Origin: Eledone cirrhosa
Taxonomy: Eukaryota
DNA length: 64,000 nt
Direction: 5' to 3'
Assembly: GCA_964016885.1 (NCBI GenBank)
Contig: OZ024741.1
Coordinates: forward strand, 361,398,001-361,462,000
Both the position numbers and the translations under genes were made by a program. Under the pieces are notes generated by a model, which ran no database searches, was not told the origin of the DNA, and saw only the letters and a list, made by a program, of their open reading frames with translations. This document shows positions 11,358 to 24,563 of the stretch, piece after piece (position 1 is the first letter of the stretch; each line of letters starts with the position of its first letter).

Positions 11358-12848
11358 AACATTATCTGGTATGTGATAGGCCATTGACTGGCCCTCTGAG
11401 TAACACACAGGTCAAATAAATTTGGTTCTATACTTTGAGTGCTTGGAATTAATTAATTCTCTCTTCCCTTCCTTATTTGAATATACTCAGTCACTAGTAG
11501 CCTATTGGGGGCGGGGGGGGGGCTTTGCAGAGATGAAGAGGACTGTTACATCAGTTGCGAGCATGTCATACTACATTTGCTTCCTCAATACAAACACATA
11601 TATGTGATTACCCATTAATCATTCAATAATTTACTTTAGTGAATCTTTGGCATTAGTATTATAATTACCTTCCTTTGTAACCGTACACTATCAACATTTT
11701 AATATTTGTATTTCTTCACAATTTATCTTCTTATTTTATTTTTCCTGATTCATTTTACTTAGTTTATTTAACGTAACACTCACACCTAATTTGTATAATT
11801 TTTTGTAATTTTATCATTTTTATAATTTTTGTTAATTTTACAGTTTTTGTAACTATTATAATTTTTATAACTGTTTATAACTTTTTATTCTTTAATATTT
11901 TATACGGTCTGGGTTCAAATCCCGCCAAGGTTAAAAAAAAACTAGAACTGACAGTCCTTTAATTCCATAACAATAGAATTAAAGAACTCTCTCTTGTATT
12001 ATTATATTACTATTATTACATTACTATATACTGCATGTGGACTGGCAGTATCGGCAGAGGGTAAGAAGCCATGCTTTGCAGCATAGAGTTATGGCCCTTT
12101 ATGATCTGAGTTCAAATCCCGCCGAGGTTAACTTTGCCTTTCATAGATGATAAAATAACGCACCAGTAATGCACTGGGGTAATTGCTGGCCTTGTGCCAA
12201 AAAGTAGAAACAATTATTTTATACAATTTCTATAATCATGTAAACTTTCATAACATGTACAAACCTTGCTTTTTCACCATCACGCTACGCTGGTTTTTGA
12301 CCAATATCTACTGACACAGAGTTTCATACCTCTAGACTTCTGTAGCGGTGAAATGCTTGGGTCTGATTAATGAATAACATTTTCTGAGGACAGAAGAATT
12401 TCTATTGCCATTTAACAACATCCACACCCCTTTATCCCACCTACCAAACCACAATACTTAGCATTGATGCATGTGTGTCATTCAGCGATGGTTTACCATT
12501 ATAATACCACGGAATTGACGAACCATCCCCAAAGCAAATCTATCATCTATTCTCTGTTTGTGTTCACCGTAATCCTGTTATCTTATGTAACTAATTTTAC
12601 AATCCACACCTGATGATATCACCTAAGCCTTGCATCATGATTGGATGATCAGAATGGACCATTAAAATATGTATAGTGTTTTCACAAAATTAAAACTTTA
12701 AAGAATGTTTCTAGCCTGGCCTTTTGTTGTTTTTAAATAAATATTTAATTCCATTCTTGCTCCAGTCATGGGATACCACCCCTCAACGATGGATGATTTG
12801 CAAAATAACAAGTGCTTTACTTGATTTTCTCATTTATTATTATAGTTA

Positions 12849-13028
12849 TTGGCAGTATCGGTAGAGGGTCAGACGCCATGCTTTCCAGCATAGTTACGTC
12901 CCTTTACGATCTGAGTTCAAATCCCGCCGAGGTTGACTTTGCCTTTCATCCTTACGGGGTCGATAAAATAAAGTACCAGTAATGCACTGGGTAATTGCTG
13001 GCCTTGTGCCTAAAGTAGAAACAATTAT
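12849..13028 (+). mobile_element. tRNA-derived SINE family A, 75 bp upstream of a calpain exon
   Basis: Near-identical to 11168-11357; TSD attattatagttatt. Confidence 0.9.
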
Positions 13029-13103
13029 TATAGTTATTTACGTTGAGATGATTATGTTTCAACTTTTCCCAATATTTATTTATATTTTTTCTTTCATTTC
13101 CAG

Positions 13104-13182
13104 TCTGTTTTCAAAGAGTTTGACGCAGATTCCAGTGGAAGTCTGAATTCTCATGAATTACGTTCTGCACTGCACAGCGCTG
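13104..13182 (+). CDS. Calpain PEF exon (79 bp, EF-hand DADSSGSLNSHE)
   Basis: tttccag|TCT ... GCTG|gtaag; canonical DxDxSGxLxxxE EF-hand loop. Confidence 0.92.
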
Positions 13183-16100
13183 GTAAGAAAACATTTACGT
13201 TTTAGACCTACTTAATTTATGCTCCACACAATTATTTATTCATTGTTTCCTCTAACTAATTAAACAATACATCTAAACTTATCATAATCTATATATAGAT
13301 TCCTGTCCGTCCGTCACATGTGTGTGTTTGTGTCAATGTATGTGTGTGTAAAAGGAAGGAAGGGGTGGTGAAAAAACTATAGCAAAACAGTGGCTGGCGT
13401 TCCATTTGCTGCACTATGTGTGAGTGTATGTGTATGTGTTTTTGTGTGAATGTATGTTTGTAAGTGTGTATTTTTCTGTGTTTGCACGTTTATATTTATA
13501 TAAATAATAATAATAATGAAATTATTGTGTACAGTGCTCAGGTGCACTACAACTCATCAAAGGTGCATGTATAGTACATAGAATAATGTACAAATGTCAG
13601 GAAAATAAACAGTGTATGAGTCATGATATAATAACAATAACGAAATATTGTGCACAGTGCCCAGGTGCACCACAACTCATCAAAAAAGTGCATGTACAGT
13701 ACATAGGGCAATGCACAAACATCAGTAAAATGAACAGTGCACGAGTCATGATACACACGTGTGCATGTGTATGGAAGGGGTACATCAGGTGTAGTTTTGG
13801 CGTATTTTGGGAAGCATGAGTGTCTTAAAGGATGCAGTGTCTCGGCAGCTAACAATTGACGCAGGCAGTTTGTTCCATACTCACACATATAAATGTATGT
13901 ATATATACATACACACATGCACACACATATACACATATCTGTCAGTGTGTTGAAAAATATCCTAGTTCATTAAACAAGTTAAAACTTAAATGTGTACTAT
14001 CCATACACAGTTGTGTATTAACAATATATATTTAACCCTTTAGCATTTACATTACTCTATATATACTATTATATTTTCATGGTAAAGGCTTTACCTCACA
14101 TAATTATCTCACATAATATCGAATCTATGAGATTTTGATATTACTTATTTTGAGAACAATACCTTAACATCAGAAGTAGTGGTCAGTTACAGCCGGTTTA
14201 AACAGAAAGAGGTGAGAGAATTCCGGCTGGATATGGCCGGTTTAAATGTTAAAGGGTTAAGTATGAAAGCACATGTGAATTAGAATACAGTGACTATTGA
14301 AAATTTGAAAATAGAATTAGAAGCTCTCACTGAAAATTGACTTTAGAAAATAGTCTAATATTAGAGTGAGTTGGTATAATTGGTTAGCATACTTTTTGCA
14401 AAAATAAGAGGTGTGGGTTTGATTGCCAAGCACACTAATGCCCATTTTTTCTGTTATGGGAGTTCATATACCCTAATATTAAACTATCTTCTATTGTCAA
14501 TTTATGGTGAAAGCTTCTAATTATATTTTCATTATATTTAAGTAATTATTATACACACACATATTAACTATACACAGTTAGAGTGGTTTAGTGGTTAGAG
14601 TGTTCAGTTCACGATCATAAAATTGTGGGTTTGATTCCCATTGGTACATTTTGTCTTTGAGCAAGGCCACCATATTTCAAAACTAAGTTGTACCTATAGT
14701 TCAAAATGGCCAACCTTGTTGTACCTCATGTCACACTGAATCTTCCTGAGAATTACATTAAGGGTGCACCTCTCTGTAGAATGCACGACCTCTTGCACAG
14801 GCAGGTTGTTCCATTGTTCAAATAACTGGAACACTCATTGTTGGAACTGACAGAGGTCCAACATGCATACACCGATGTATATTAACTCTTAATGTCCTCT
14901 GCTGCATGGAACTGCTTTAGCAAGACATTCTTAAAAGGTTCAAAACAGTTCTATGACTACTTTACATTAAAAATTAAAGTATTTACTATTATACTATGTT
15001 TCACAAAGATCTCTTCACTAGCAATGATACCATAAATATTTGAATTAGTAAAGATACTATAAATATTTGAATTAAGAATCTTGTCAATGTGGTTGGCATT
15101 AGGAAGGGCATCCAGCCAGAAACTCTCCTATATGAGTGAGACACGGTCACCCAACCCAACTTAACTCTAAATGAGACAAACCTGTCTAACCCATGCTAGT
15201 GTGGAAGATAGACGTTAATCGATGATGATGATGATGATTTTCAATATTTTCTGCTAAATCATTACAGGATGTTAAGAGTTTACTATGCATAAATATATAT
15301 AAACCCCATATCAATGTATATTCAGTATCAACAGTTAAATATTTAACATATACACTCTCCAATATGTATTAATCAAATGTTTTTCTCTAATATTTCAGGA
15401 TTCAAACTGAGCAACAACAACTTCCAAGCATTGGTAATGCGTTACAGTAATAGAGATGGTGCTATCTCTTTTGTGGACTTTATTGTGTGTGCTATTCGCC
15501 TCAAGTGCATGCTAAGTGAGTTGATATTTTTTTCATTTTCATCTCAGACTGCCTGGAATCACCACCAGTTCTGTGATAAAAAGCTATTTGTTTTAAGGTG
15601 TTCATATTTAACCCTTCCATCATAAAGTTATGCTCCAAACAACAGCTTAATAATGTAAAATTATTTTACTAAATCCCTATAAATATTTGATTATTTTCAA
15701 AATTATTTGAAAATCCTAGGCAGTATTTTTCATTGGAAATATTGAATGAAAGGGTTAAATCATAATATTTTGCCATGATGATGGATTAGCATCAGGCAAG
15801 AAGTCTGACAGTATTTCTTATGGTTTGTTGTGTTCTGAGTTCAAGGCTGGTAGACTTAATCCATCATCAACTTCACATCACCACTACCTAACCTTTGGGT
15901 GCCTTTTGTGGAATCTACTGTTGCAAGTATTTGGTCCAAGTCTCCATTTTGAAGATACCTTTCTCCTTTACTTTCACCAGTCTTGGAAGCCCTGAAAAGG
16001 TTCATGGGCGCAGCCCTTGCCTACCTGACACTAAATTTAAAAAATAATAATAGAGTAGCAATGATTGAAAACCAAACAAAATTCATTTCAGTACTGACTT

Positions 16101-18145
16101 TTTTCTTTCCTAGTTCTGAAAAAGATATTTGGGTTTTAAGAATTATTGAAAATATTTACTTACAATGTGACTATTTTAATTTTATTATTATTGGATAGTA
16201 TGTTCAGTGGAAACTATAGAGTTAGTGGTGGGTAAAACCAGGAAATTCTGGGCATTGACAAAAACCAACTAACCACTCTTTTCCAGAGGACTTTCAGTCC
16301 AGAACCCATGGATAACTTCCAAAATCCCTGGCCTGGTAGTGCTACCAGAGAGCATTATCATTTTGAGATAAATTCTACAGTCATGGAAGTGCCATCAGCC
16401 GGGCCTGTTCAAGATGCACACAGGGTGACAAAACTATCCTGCACACACTCATTGAGTATCCGAGTGTTACTGACTTATGGGTTTATCTTGAACACCTGTT
16501 GTCACATATACAACAGATTCGGCTATCAACTGAGTCCATTGTGAAGATTTCCCCACCACCTTCTTTTACCTGGGAAGGATAGGCATTTTTTATCTGCCTG
16601 GTGGCAGAATAGCTCAAGTACAGACCAAGGTTGAGTGATTAGTATCTATAGTGTTGCCAGGGACTCACAGCATGTTACCAACTGAACATGTTAGGAGGCC
16701 AGAAAGCAACACTTGCTTTCTATAGAGGGTCAGTGGAAGGTATGAGCAATGATGGCCTGGGAGCAGCTATAGGTTTTGACAAAGACAGTCTGAACAGGCT
16801 TTTCTGGAGGACTTTCGGATCAGGTATTATGGACATTTTTCAAAATTCCTTGGCATGGGCAGTGTTACAGAGGGAACTTCCAGTTTGAGATAAGCTCTAC
16901 AAGCATGGAAGTGTCCACAGCTGGAACTGTCTAAGATCACTCAGGGCAACAAAGCTGTCTTACTTGTGCATGCTATTGCACAGTGTTCATGCATTTCAAA
17001 GATATGGACTTGTGTTGAACAACTGCTACTGTGTATAGGACAGCCCCAGCTATTGCCCGGGTCTATAGTGAAAATTGAAGCACCACTTCTTTTAGAAGAG
17101 AGGCATGTCTAGTCTTCTTCTGTCTTGTAGCTATAGCAAAGAAAGCTGTATGGAGTCATCTAAAGGGATTGAGGACAGGAATGTTCCTCTCCAGCCAAGC
17201 CCTCATCAACTTTTACAAATTTCATTTGAAGAAGATGGTGAGGGTAGAGAGAGAGAGGTGGTGCCTTCTAGTGTCTTTTATGAAAGATGGGTGGGAGCAG
17301 TGAGATTGACATGACTAAACAGGTCTAATCTGACAATACTTTTCTAAGTAAGAGGAAGGAAACAGGAAGAGGGCTCTATAAAAATGGCCATGAAGTAACA
17401 GTACCCAAGACTCTGAGTGGGGGTCCATCCTGAAATTACCCTAACATGCAGTTCCCCCACTATTGGGGAAATTATCTTTGTTGACATTTGTTATTGTTTT
17501 TCTTTTCTTTTTTTTTTGCTATTTTTATGTATATTTATTTCAATTTTTATTACTGTTATTCCTACTGATTTCACTTCAATGATGTCCCCTTTCCTTTACT
17601 TCATGTAAACCCTACTTTGTGTTGTGTTGCCTTTGTCCTTGTATTGTCCTTAATGTCCTGGGGTCTTGTGGCCAATAAAAAAATTATTATTATTATTGTA
17701 CTTTGAGTCTCAGTCATTGATGTTATTTAACTGGAAAGTTTGTTGAAATGATAATCAAGCCGCTACCTGCAGCCTCAGATATTCAGGACGTATCGGAGGG
17801 TTCTTGCTGTTCCCAGCAAGCATGCCTTTTGAAGTGTTCCAAAAAGCGGGACTGGACTAATCTCCTTTAACCATCCTTGGAAACTCTTTGAGATAGTACC
17901 TAGTGCGCCTATGATGACCTTGATGGCTGTTCCAAATCCTTTTTAACTCCCACTTTAAATCCTGGTATCGGTTAATTTTCTCCCTCTCCTTTTCTTGCAC
18001 TCTCGTGTCAAATGGGCAGGCTACATCTACAATTAGGCACAATCTTTTTTCTTTGTCCAAAACCACCAGGTCAGGCATATTGTGTTCTAATTTCTTGTCC
18101 ATCTGTATCCTAAAATTTCATAGCACCTTCACCTGATCGTTTATT

Positions 18146-18176
<31 letters not shown>

Positions 18177-21157
18177 TTAATTTCAGCTTCATTTGCTACT
18201 TATGACTCAGAAAAGGCTGGTTTTATTGCTCTCTCTGCCAACAATGTAAGTTTCTTCCTTTTCTTAATAATATTTAACCATTTCTATACCAAACTGCATG
18301 AAACCACCCTTGGTTCTGTGACAAAAAAAATGTTTGTTTTAAAGCGATTTTATTTATCTAAAACCATTCCATTGTATTTTTATGTAAGAACCTTTGTTAA
18401 GCTATCCTCTAAACACCACCTTAATTATGAGAAAGTTAGTTATATTACTAAATCCCTCCATACTCTTGATTATTTTCAAAATTATTTTAAAATCGTAAGC
18501 AGTGTCTTCTTCACCCACTTATTCCTGGGAGGGTCGTGGAGGCAGAATCCTCAAACACTCCTTCCAGCAGGTCCTGTCAGAAGCAACCGTCTCCAACTGA
18601 TCCGGCTGGATCACCAAGCGAGACCAGCCAAGCCCATGAATGTTATCCAAAAATCTTGCTTGGGGTATACCCCTGGGTCTCCTGCTGGTTAGTTTTGCCC
18701 ATAAAATCTGTCCAGCGATTCTTTCTTGAGACACTCTAACCACATGCCCATAGTATCGGAGCTGTCTCTACCTGGAGTGTCTTTCATTAGAAATATGGCG
18801 ACAAAAGGGTTAAATAGTAACAGGAGCCTGTAAATTGCTTATTTGGTTGGTGGTGTTGTTGTTCTTCTTCTTCAGCAGACTTATAATCAAAGACATTAAA
18901 GCTTTAATAATTCCATGTTTGTTGAAGACAGTGTATCAAAAACTATATTATCATAGTAGTGCACAGAGGAATAGCTTTGTGGTTAAGTTCACTTCGTACA
19001 CATGAGGTGTCAGGTTTGATCCCACTGCATCGCCGCATCTTCAGCAACTGTATTTCCCATTGCCACAGGTTGATACAAGTTGGGTAAACAGAAACTGTAC
19101 GAACACTCGTTGGATTGATTGTACCTGTAATTCAAAGGTCCACCCTTGTCACATATTGTGTCATGCTGATTTGGCTTGTTAAGAGCACACATGTCTGGGG
19201 AATAATTCAACCATTTACAGATAATCGAATAACTGAATGCTCATCATCAAAACAAACAAATGATCCATTAAAATGATGTAATATGTTTCCTATCCTTTGA
19301 GGATATAATGGTGTGATTTGGGAGAGATTTGGCAACTATTTATAGCTTAGCTAAAGTGTTAATAGAAAAGGATGGGTGTCAAATTAAAACCATTTTAGTA
19401 TTTACTTCATTGTTCTATATTCCCTGATATACAGATAAGTAAGTACCTGCTACACAATTTCTTCATCAGTTTAATTAACCCTTTCTTTAATTAGCCTGTT
19501 TCTTTAACTCTTTCATTACCACAATTTGAATGAAATACACTACCAAGGATTTTGAAATCATTTTGAAAATAAATCAAGTTTCTCATTATTAAGCTGCTGT
19601 TTTGAACATAACTTAACAAAGGTTTCTTTATTTAGAATTATGCTGGAAGGTAGTTTTGATAAATATAAATACTTTATAAATAAAAAGGTTAGTATTGTAG
19701 AATCAGGGGTGGTTTTAAGTAGTTTGATATTAAAAGGGTTAAGGAGTAGCCTATAATTTAAGAAATGTTGTGCACTCATTGCTGATCCCTAATCCAGTTA
19801 GCAACTTCACTAAATCTAACATTGCAAAAGTCTAGATTCTATAACTATAAAATCTATAGAGATTAATAAAATAAGTACCAGATTTGAACAAATAAGTATA
19901 GGAGTCAACATAATCAAATAATTTCCTTAACCCTTTAGCATTTAAACCGGCCATATCCAGCCAGAATTCTCTCACCGCTTTCTGTTCAAACCGGCTGTAA
20001 CAGGCTGCTCATACTGTTAAGATATTGTTCTCAAAATAAATAATATCAATATCTCATAGATTCGATATTATGTGAGATAATTTTGTGAGTTAAAGCCTTT
20101 TTTGTGAAAATATAATAGTAAATATAGAGTAATGTAAATGCTAAAGGGTTAAGAAAGTATGGTATGATTTGAGGGGGAACTAGGTACTATTTCTAACAAG
20201 TTGAATGAGTATATAGAGGCTGTCATTGGCTTGTAATTAACAGCATTACACTGATGTTGAGTATGATCCTCATTTTCAGAAATTGGACTTTGTGTCTAAT
20301 TTGAGAAATGTGAGCAGAACAGAGGTTCCAATATGTAATGGTTAAGGTGTGGGGAAGGATCATGTATTTTCTGAACAATAGCATCAAAATTTAACTTTTA
20401 GAAAGTAGTTTTGCTTGCTATATATATACTAGACCACCCGTGACCCATTGGGTCATGTTCTCTTCAAAATATATTTTTTTAAATAATTAAAATATACACA
20501 GACATGTATATAATGTGAAATGAAACTGGAAGGCCCATATATATATACGTGTGTGTATGTATATACATAAATGTGTGTGTATACATATATATGTATGTGT
20601 GCGTGTATATATATGTGGGTGTCTGTGATCTATATACACTGGTCATAGACACACACATATACACACATATATATACACACACACTCACACATATATATAT
20701 ACACAACAACAACACCAGCTCTCTCTCTTCCATTCTCTTTCTGTCTCCTCTCCCACTCTCTATGTCTCTCTTTCAATCTACTCTCTCACAACCACCATCT
20801 CTTTCTCTCTATGTCTCTCTCTCTCTTTGTTTATGAAGGTACCCAGAAAAACCCCATATCTCGGGAATCCATACTCCAATTTACACAAAACTTGTTTTAT
20901 TCCATTTGTATTCCCATTTCAGGGTCAACTTCCTTTCAAAGTATTTTCCCATTATGCGCCCTTTTGGCTGTATTACATTACAGACAAGCAAAGCAAGCAA
21001 TCACAGAGCTTTAGTAGTACATACATGTGTGGTCATCATAAAACTACTCACACACGTGCATACACCTAAATACATACAAACACACACAATAAAACTATTA
21101 CAGTTAACCCTATATTTTATTTTATTTCAGTTTGTTCAGATTACCATGTATTCCTAA
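13104..21157 (+). CDS. Calpain-family penta-EF-hand (PEF) domain gene, 3' four coding exons (5'-partial)
   Basis: Exons 13104-13182, 15399-15515, 18187-18245 and 21131-21157 all have AG/GT boundaries and join in frame. Spliced translation: SVFKEFDADSSGSLNSHELRSALHSAGFKLSNNNFQALVMRYSNRDGAISFVDFIVCAIRLKCMLTSFATYDSEKAGFIALSANNFVQITMYS*. The 79/117/59-bp exon series and the TMYS end match classical calpain PEF domains. No upstream exon was found in the window, so the paralogue cannot be assigned. Confidence 0.9.
13503..13878 (-). mobile_element. CR1-like LINE 3' end with duplicated 3' UTR segment and (ATT)n tail
   Basis: Minus frame WNKLPASIVSCRDTASFK; about 120-bp internal tandem duplication (13520-13630 and 13645-13755). 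Confidence 0.7.
14036..14256. mobile_element. piggyBac-type MITE family A (also 19931-20148, 45675-45863, 53201-53416, 54136-54337, 56885-57083, 60005-60210 truncated)
   Basis: TTAA-CCCTTTAGCATTTA ... TAAATGCTAAAGGG-TTAA; about 190-220 bp with shared internal sequence. Confidence 0.88.
15399..15515 (+). CDS. Calpain PEF exon (117 bp)
   Basis: tttcag|GA TTC ... CTA A|gtgag; GFKLSNNNFQALVMRYSNRDGAISFVDFIVCAIRLKCML. Confidence 0.93.
16200..17682 (+). mobile_element. Two tandem diverged L1/Tx1-like LINE 3' fragments
   Basis: 16260-16560 and 16780-17090 are mutually similar (LFWRTF..MD.FQNSLAW...DKLY.HGS, zf-RVT-like); second copy ends in a pyrimidine-rich UTR and AATAAAA. Confidence 0.6.
17697..18141 (-). 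mobile_element. R4/Dong- or NeSL-like RLE LINE 3' fragment inserted in (TTA)n
   Basis: PDLVVLDK...IVDVACP...EK..RYQDL..ELKRIW and LQKACLLGTARTLR; TTA repeats on both sides. Confidence 0.8.
18187..18245 (+). CDS. Calpain PEF exon (59 bp)
   Basis: tttcag|CT TCA ... AAC AAT|gtaag; phase 1 to 0, fits both neighbours; SFATYDSEKAGFIALSANN. Confidence 0.88.
18505..18770 (-). mobile_element. Short RTE-like LINE 3' fragment nested in a TTAA MITE (second copy about 26912-27175 +)
   Basis: GHVVR..ERI...RPRGRP..R.LDNI motif; the two copies are mutually similar. Confidence 0.75.
20430..21085 (-). mobile_element. Possible Helitron-like remnant with internal microsatellites
   Basis: CTAG terminus with adjacent hairpin tgaccc-att-gggtca; other end unclear. 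Confidence 0.4.
21131..21157 (+). CDS. Calpain terminal coding exon (FVQITMYS*)
   Basis: tttatttcag|TTT GTT CAG ATT ACC ATG TAT TCC TAA; AATAAA downstream at about 21547 and 21680. Confidence 0.88.
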   Translation, partial: FVQITMYS

Positions 21158-21341
21158 AAGATCTGCAATGAAGTGTCTATCACCAACAGATGTTTGTTAC
21201 TGTTCTTATATTATATATGTGTGTGTGTATCTGTCTTTGTTATGACTGTCTAAACTATGTTTTTTATATACATCACAAGGATATAATGAAGACCAGCAAA
21301 CTTCTGTATATACATATTTCTGGCTTCTCGATGAACTCATA

Positions 21342-21388
<47 letters not shown>

Positions 21389-21944
21389 CTGCCCTCCATA
21401 CTGTAACACAAGAATCGCTGCATTTATATAAAGTTTCAGAAGTTGTTTTTTTTTATCTACTGCTTCTGAAACTCGGAATTATTGCATTTCCTGTGATTTT
21501 GATTTCTAAATCAATATAAGTGGCCATGATATAAAAAATAAATTAGAATAAAAAATAGAAAAAAAAAAATAAAGATTATGTATTTTAATAATATGGTAAA
21601 TGGTCACGAACCGATCTTAATGTTCCCATGTGTTGTTCTTGTTTATCTACCAGCACTAGCATGTTGTTGTCAAGACCTTAATAAAACACAGCTTCTTTTT
21701 ATTTATAATCATTTACATGTTTGGTGATGGTACTGTTTTCTCAGCAGTTCTCCAACTACTTTTCACTCATCATAAAAAGAAAGAAAAAAAATCTAAAATA
21801 TATCTATTGAATCTTTTTCTTTATTATGGTATTATATATACTTCTTAATATCCTACATTAATTTGATTATCATTATCATTACTGTTATTATTAATTTTAT
21901 TATTATTGTTATTATTATTATTGTTGTTATTATTTATGATTATA

Positions 21945-21986
<42 letters not shown>

Positions 21987-24509
21987 AATGTTCAAAATGA
22001 TCACTGCAAAAACTATGCAAAAAAGCTAGCTGGCCATTGCCTGCAAAGTGTTCCAGCAAGGAAACTTTTGCAAAAGCGGCCTTTCAGTGCCTCAGACTTC
22101 TGAAGCACTTTCTCTTTCCTTCTAAACAATAATACATAGTTAGATTTTAGTTTAGTCAAATTATGCCTTTTAAAAAAATTCTAAAAATCTATTGAAATTA
22201 TTTAAATTTAAATAGTAATTATTTTCTTCATTAAACTTTTCATATATTTGTAGTTGTTCTCTGGAAACTTATATTTAAAAAAAAATATTTTAAAAAATAT
22301 TTCTTTATTGTAAACTGCATGATTGCACATTCCTTTAGTAATATATCCCTCTGAGAATATATCTTTGGATATTTCTTCAATGATATCCTTCACAATACTC
22401 TACTTTTATTAGATATTTTTCCATATTATTATATATCACCTAGCCTAACCTTATCTATGGTATTGTGCTTCTGACATTTAACTATTTACCTTTCACACTT
22501 TGATGCAATGATAATTATACTCTACAATTTTGTCATAATTCAAATTATTATAATTTACTTTACTATTTTTTGTATCTAACAAATGTTCTAAAAGAAATTT
22601 ACTACTGTAAATACCAATTATGAGATGATAAAATAATTAAAAATACTCTTAACTTTTTGTTCATCTAAGACTGTACTTACAGTTCAAAAAGAATGTTTTT
22701 TTAAATAGTTGGTTATGTCACTTTATACATTCTGTGTTCAAATTCCACCCAGATCCACTTTGCCTTTCATACTTCTGAGGTCAATAAAAGAATAAGCAAA
22801 GGTGTACACTATTTCTCTATTTTAAAATAAATTTAGAAAAGAAAACTTTTATAATACATCTGGTTTCTTTCTTATGTTTCAAAATGAGGTTTCCAAGATA
22901 ATATAAAACCACGAAACAAATGTGAAGTATAAAGAGTAAACTACTTTATTTTGACTGAAATTCTCAAGCAGCTACTATAGAGGAATTAAATTATGTTTGT
23001 TATTTCATATTCATTATGGATTCTATATATCAGCTGACTCTTTCTAGTAACATTATTATATAATAACAACAGGAGCACATTCTGTTTTGTATTAATATCA
23101 TTGATTATTAATTATTTGCTTAACATGGTGGATTACTAGAATCGTTAGAGTATCAGACAAAATGCTTTGTGGCATTTGTTCCAGCCCTATATTTACATCC
23201 TGAGGTCAACTTTACCTTTCGTCCTTATAGAGGTTGATAAAATAAATTACCAATCAAGTACTGTGTTCGATTTAATTGACTTTCTCCTACTCTAAAAGTG
23301 GCTGGCCTTGTGCCTAAATTAGAAATCATTGTTATTATGTATTTACTTTATGAATTTCTATAATTGATTAAAATATTCCTATTAAAATTAACATAATTTC
23401 ATCAGTTTTTTTACTCAATGCAAGAGTATTCCATCCATATATCTCAAAACATTACTCTTGCTTTAAATTATAGTCTCTTTGTTATACCAATTATATCAAT
23501 TCCATTCTCTAGCATCCTGCCATTCAGGAAGACTATCAAGGCTTTCTTTAAAACTTAAATTTCTCCAAGTGCCTTAATAAAACACTTATCAAACATGAAT
23601 TTTATATGTTATCTTACTTCTTTGAACGTTTGCATGAAACCTATCATCAATATAATAATAATAATAATAACAACAACAACAACTAGTATTATTTTTTTAT
23701 TATTATTATCATTATTATTATTATACCTAGAAAGATTCAGTAGTTGTCACATAAGGCTTGTCTACACTGCTATAGCTGTTTTGTTCACTTCCAGTATAAA
23801 GTGATTTATGTGTTCATGTCATTGTTATACTAATTTTTTAATCCCTCAGACTACTACTACTACTACTACTACTATTACTACTATTACTACTATTATTACT
23901 CAATCTGTTGCTACTGGTTGTTTTAATCCAATAACATCAAAAAGGTTACCCATACTGTACTAATTTGTCCAGATAACAAGTATTAAGATATATAATTTCT
24001 CTTTTTTTTTATTAATCCATTTTGGGATTTATGACATTATTTAGCTTTGAACATATATATGTATATATGTGTGTATAAGTATATATGTTTCCTCATTTTT
24101 TCTGCAATTTTATGTAACATTTTAATGAAACACTGTGAAAAAGGTGTTTATATCATGAAATATTCCCCAATATTTTTCATTGCACACTTCTAAATAAATA
24201 TTTTTATTATTATTAATTTTAATGGCAAAAACTGCTGCCAAAAATGTGTTGCCATACACACACAAAAAATGGGGCAGGGGATTTTTTTTAGAGATATTTT
24301 CTATAGATCTGTTTTTTGGTTGCTCTTGTTATTTTTTCTCTTTTTCATCCCCTTTTAGCTGAAACAGCTGTTGATATCTTTAAACTGCTTATTTTATATC
24401 TCATATTCAAAGACAATATCAACTTGTTTTATCAGACAGTTAATAGCATATAGCTTCCTTAATTTTATTACTGTTAATAACAGTTCTTGCTAGTATTGTT
24501 AACAATAAT

Positions 24510-24563
<54 letters not shown>

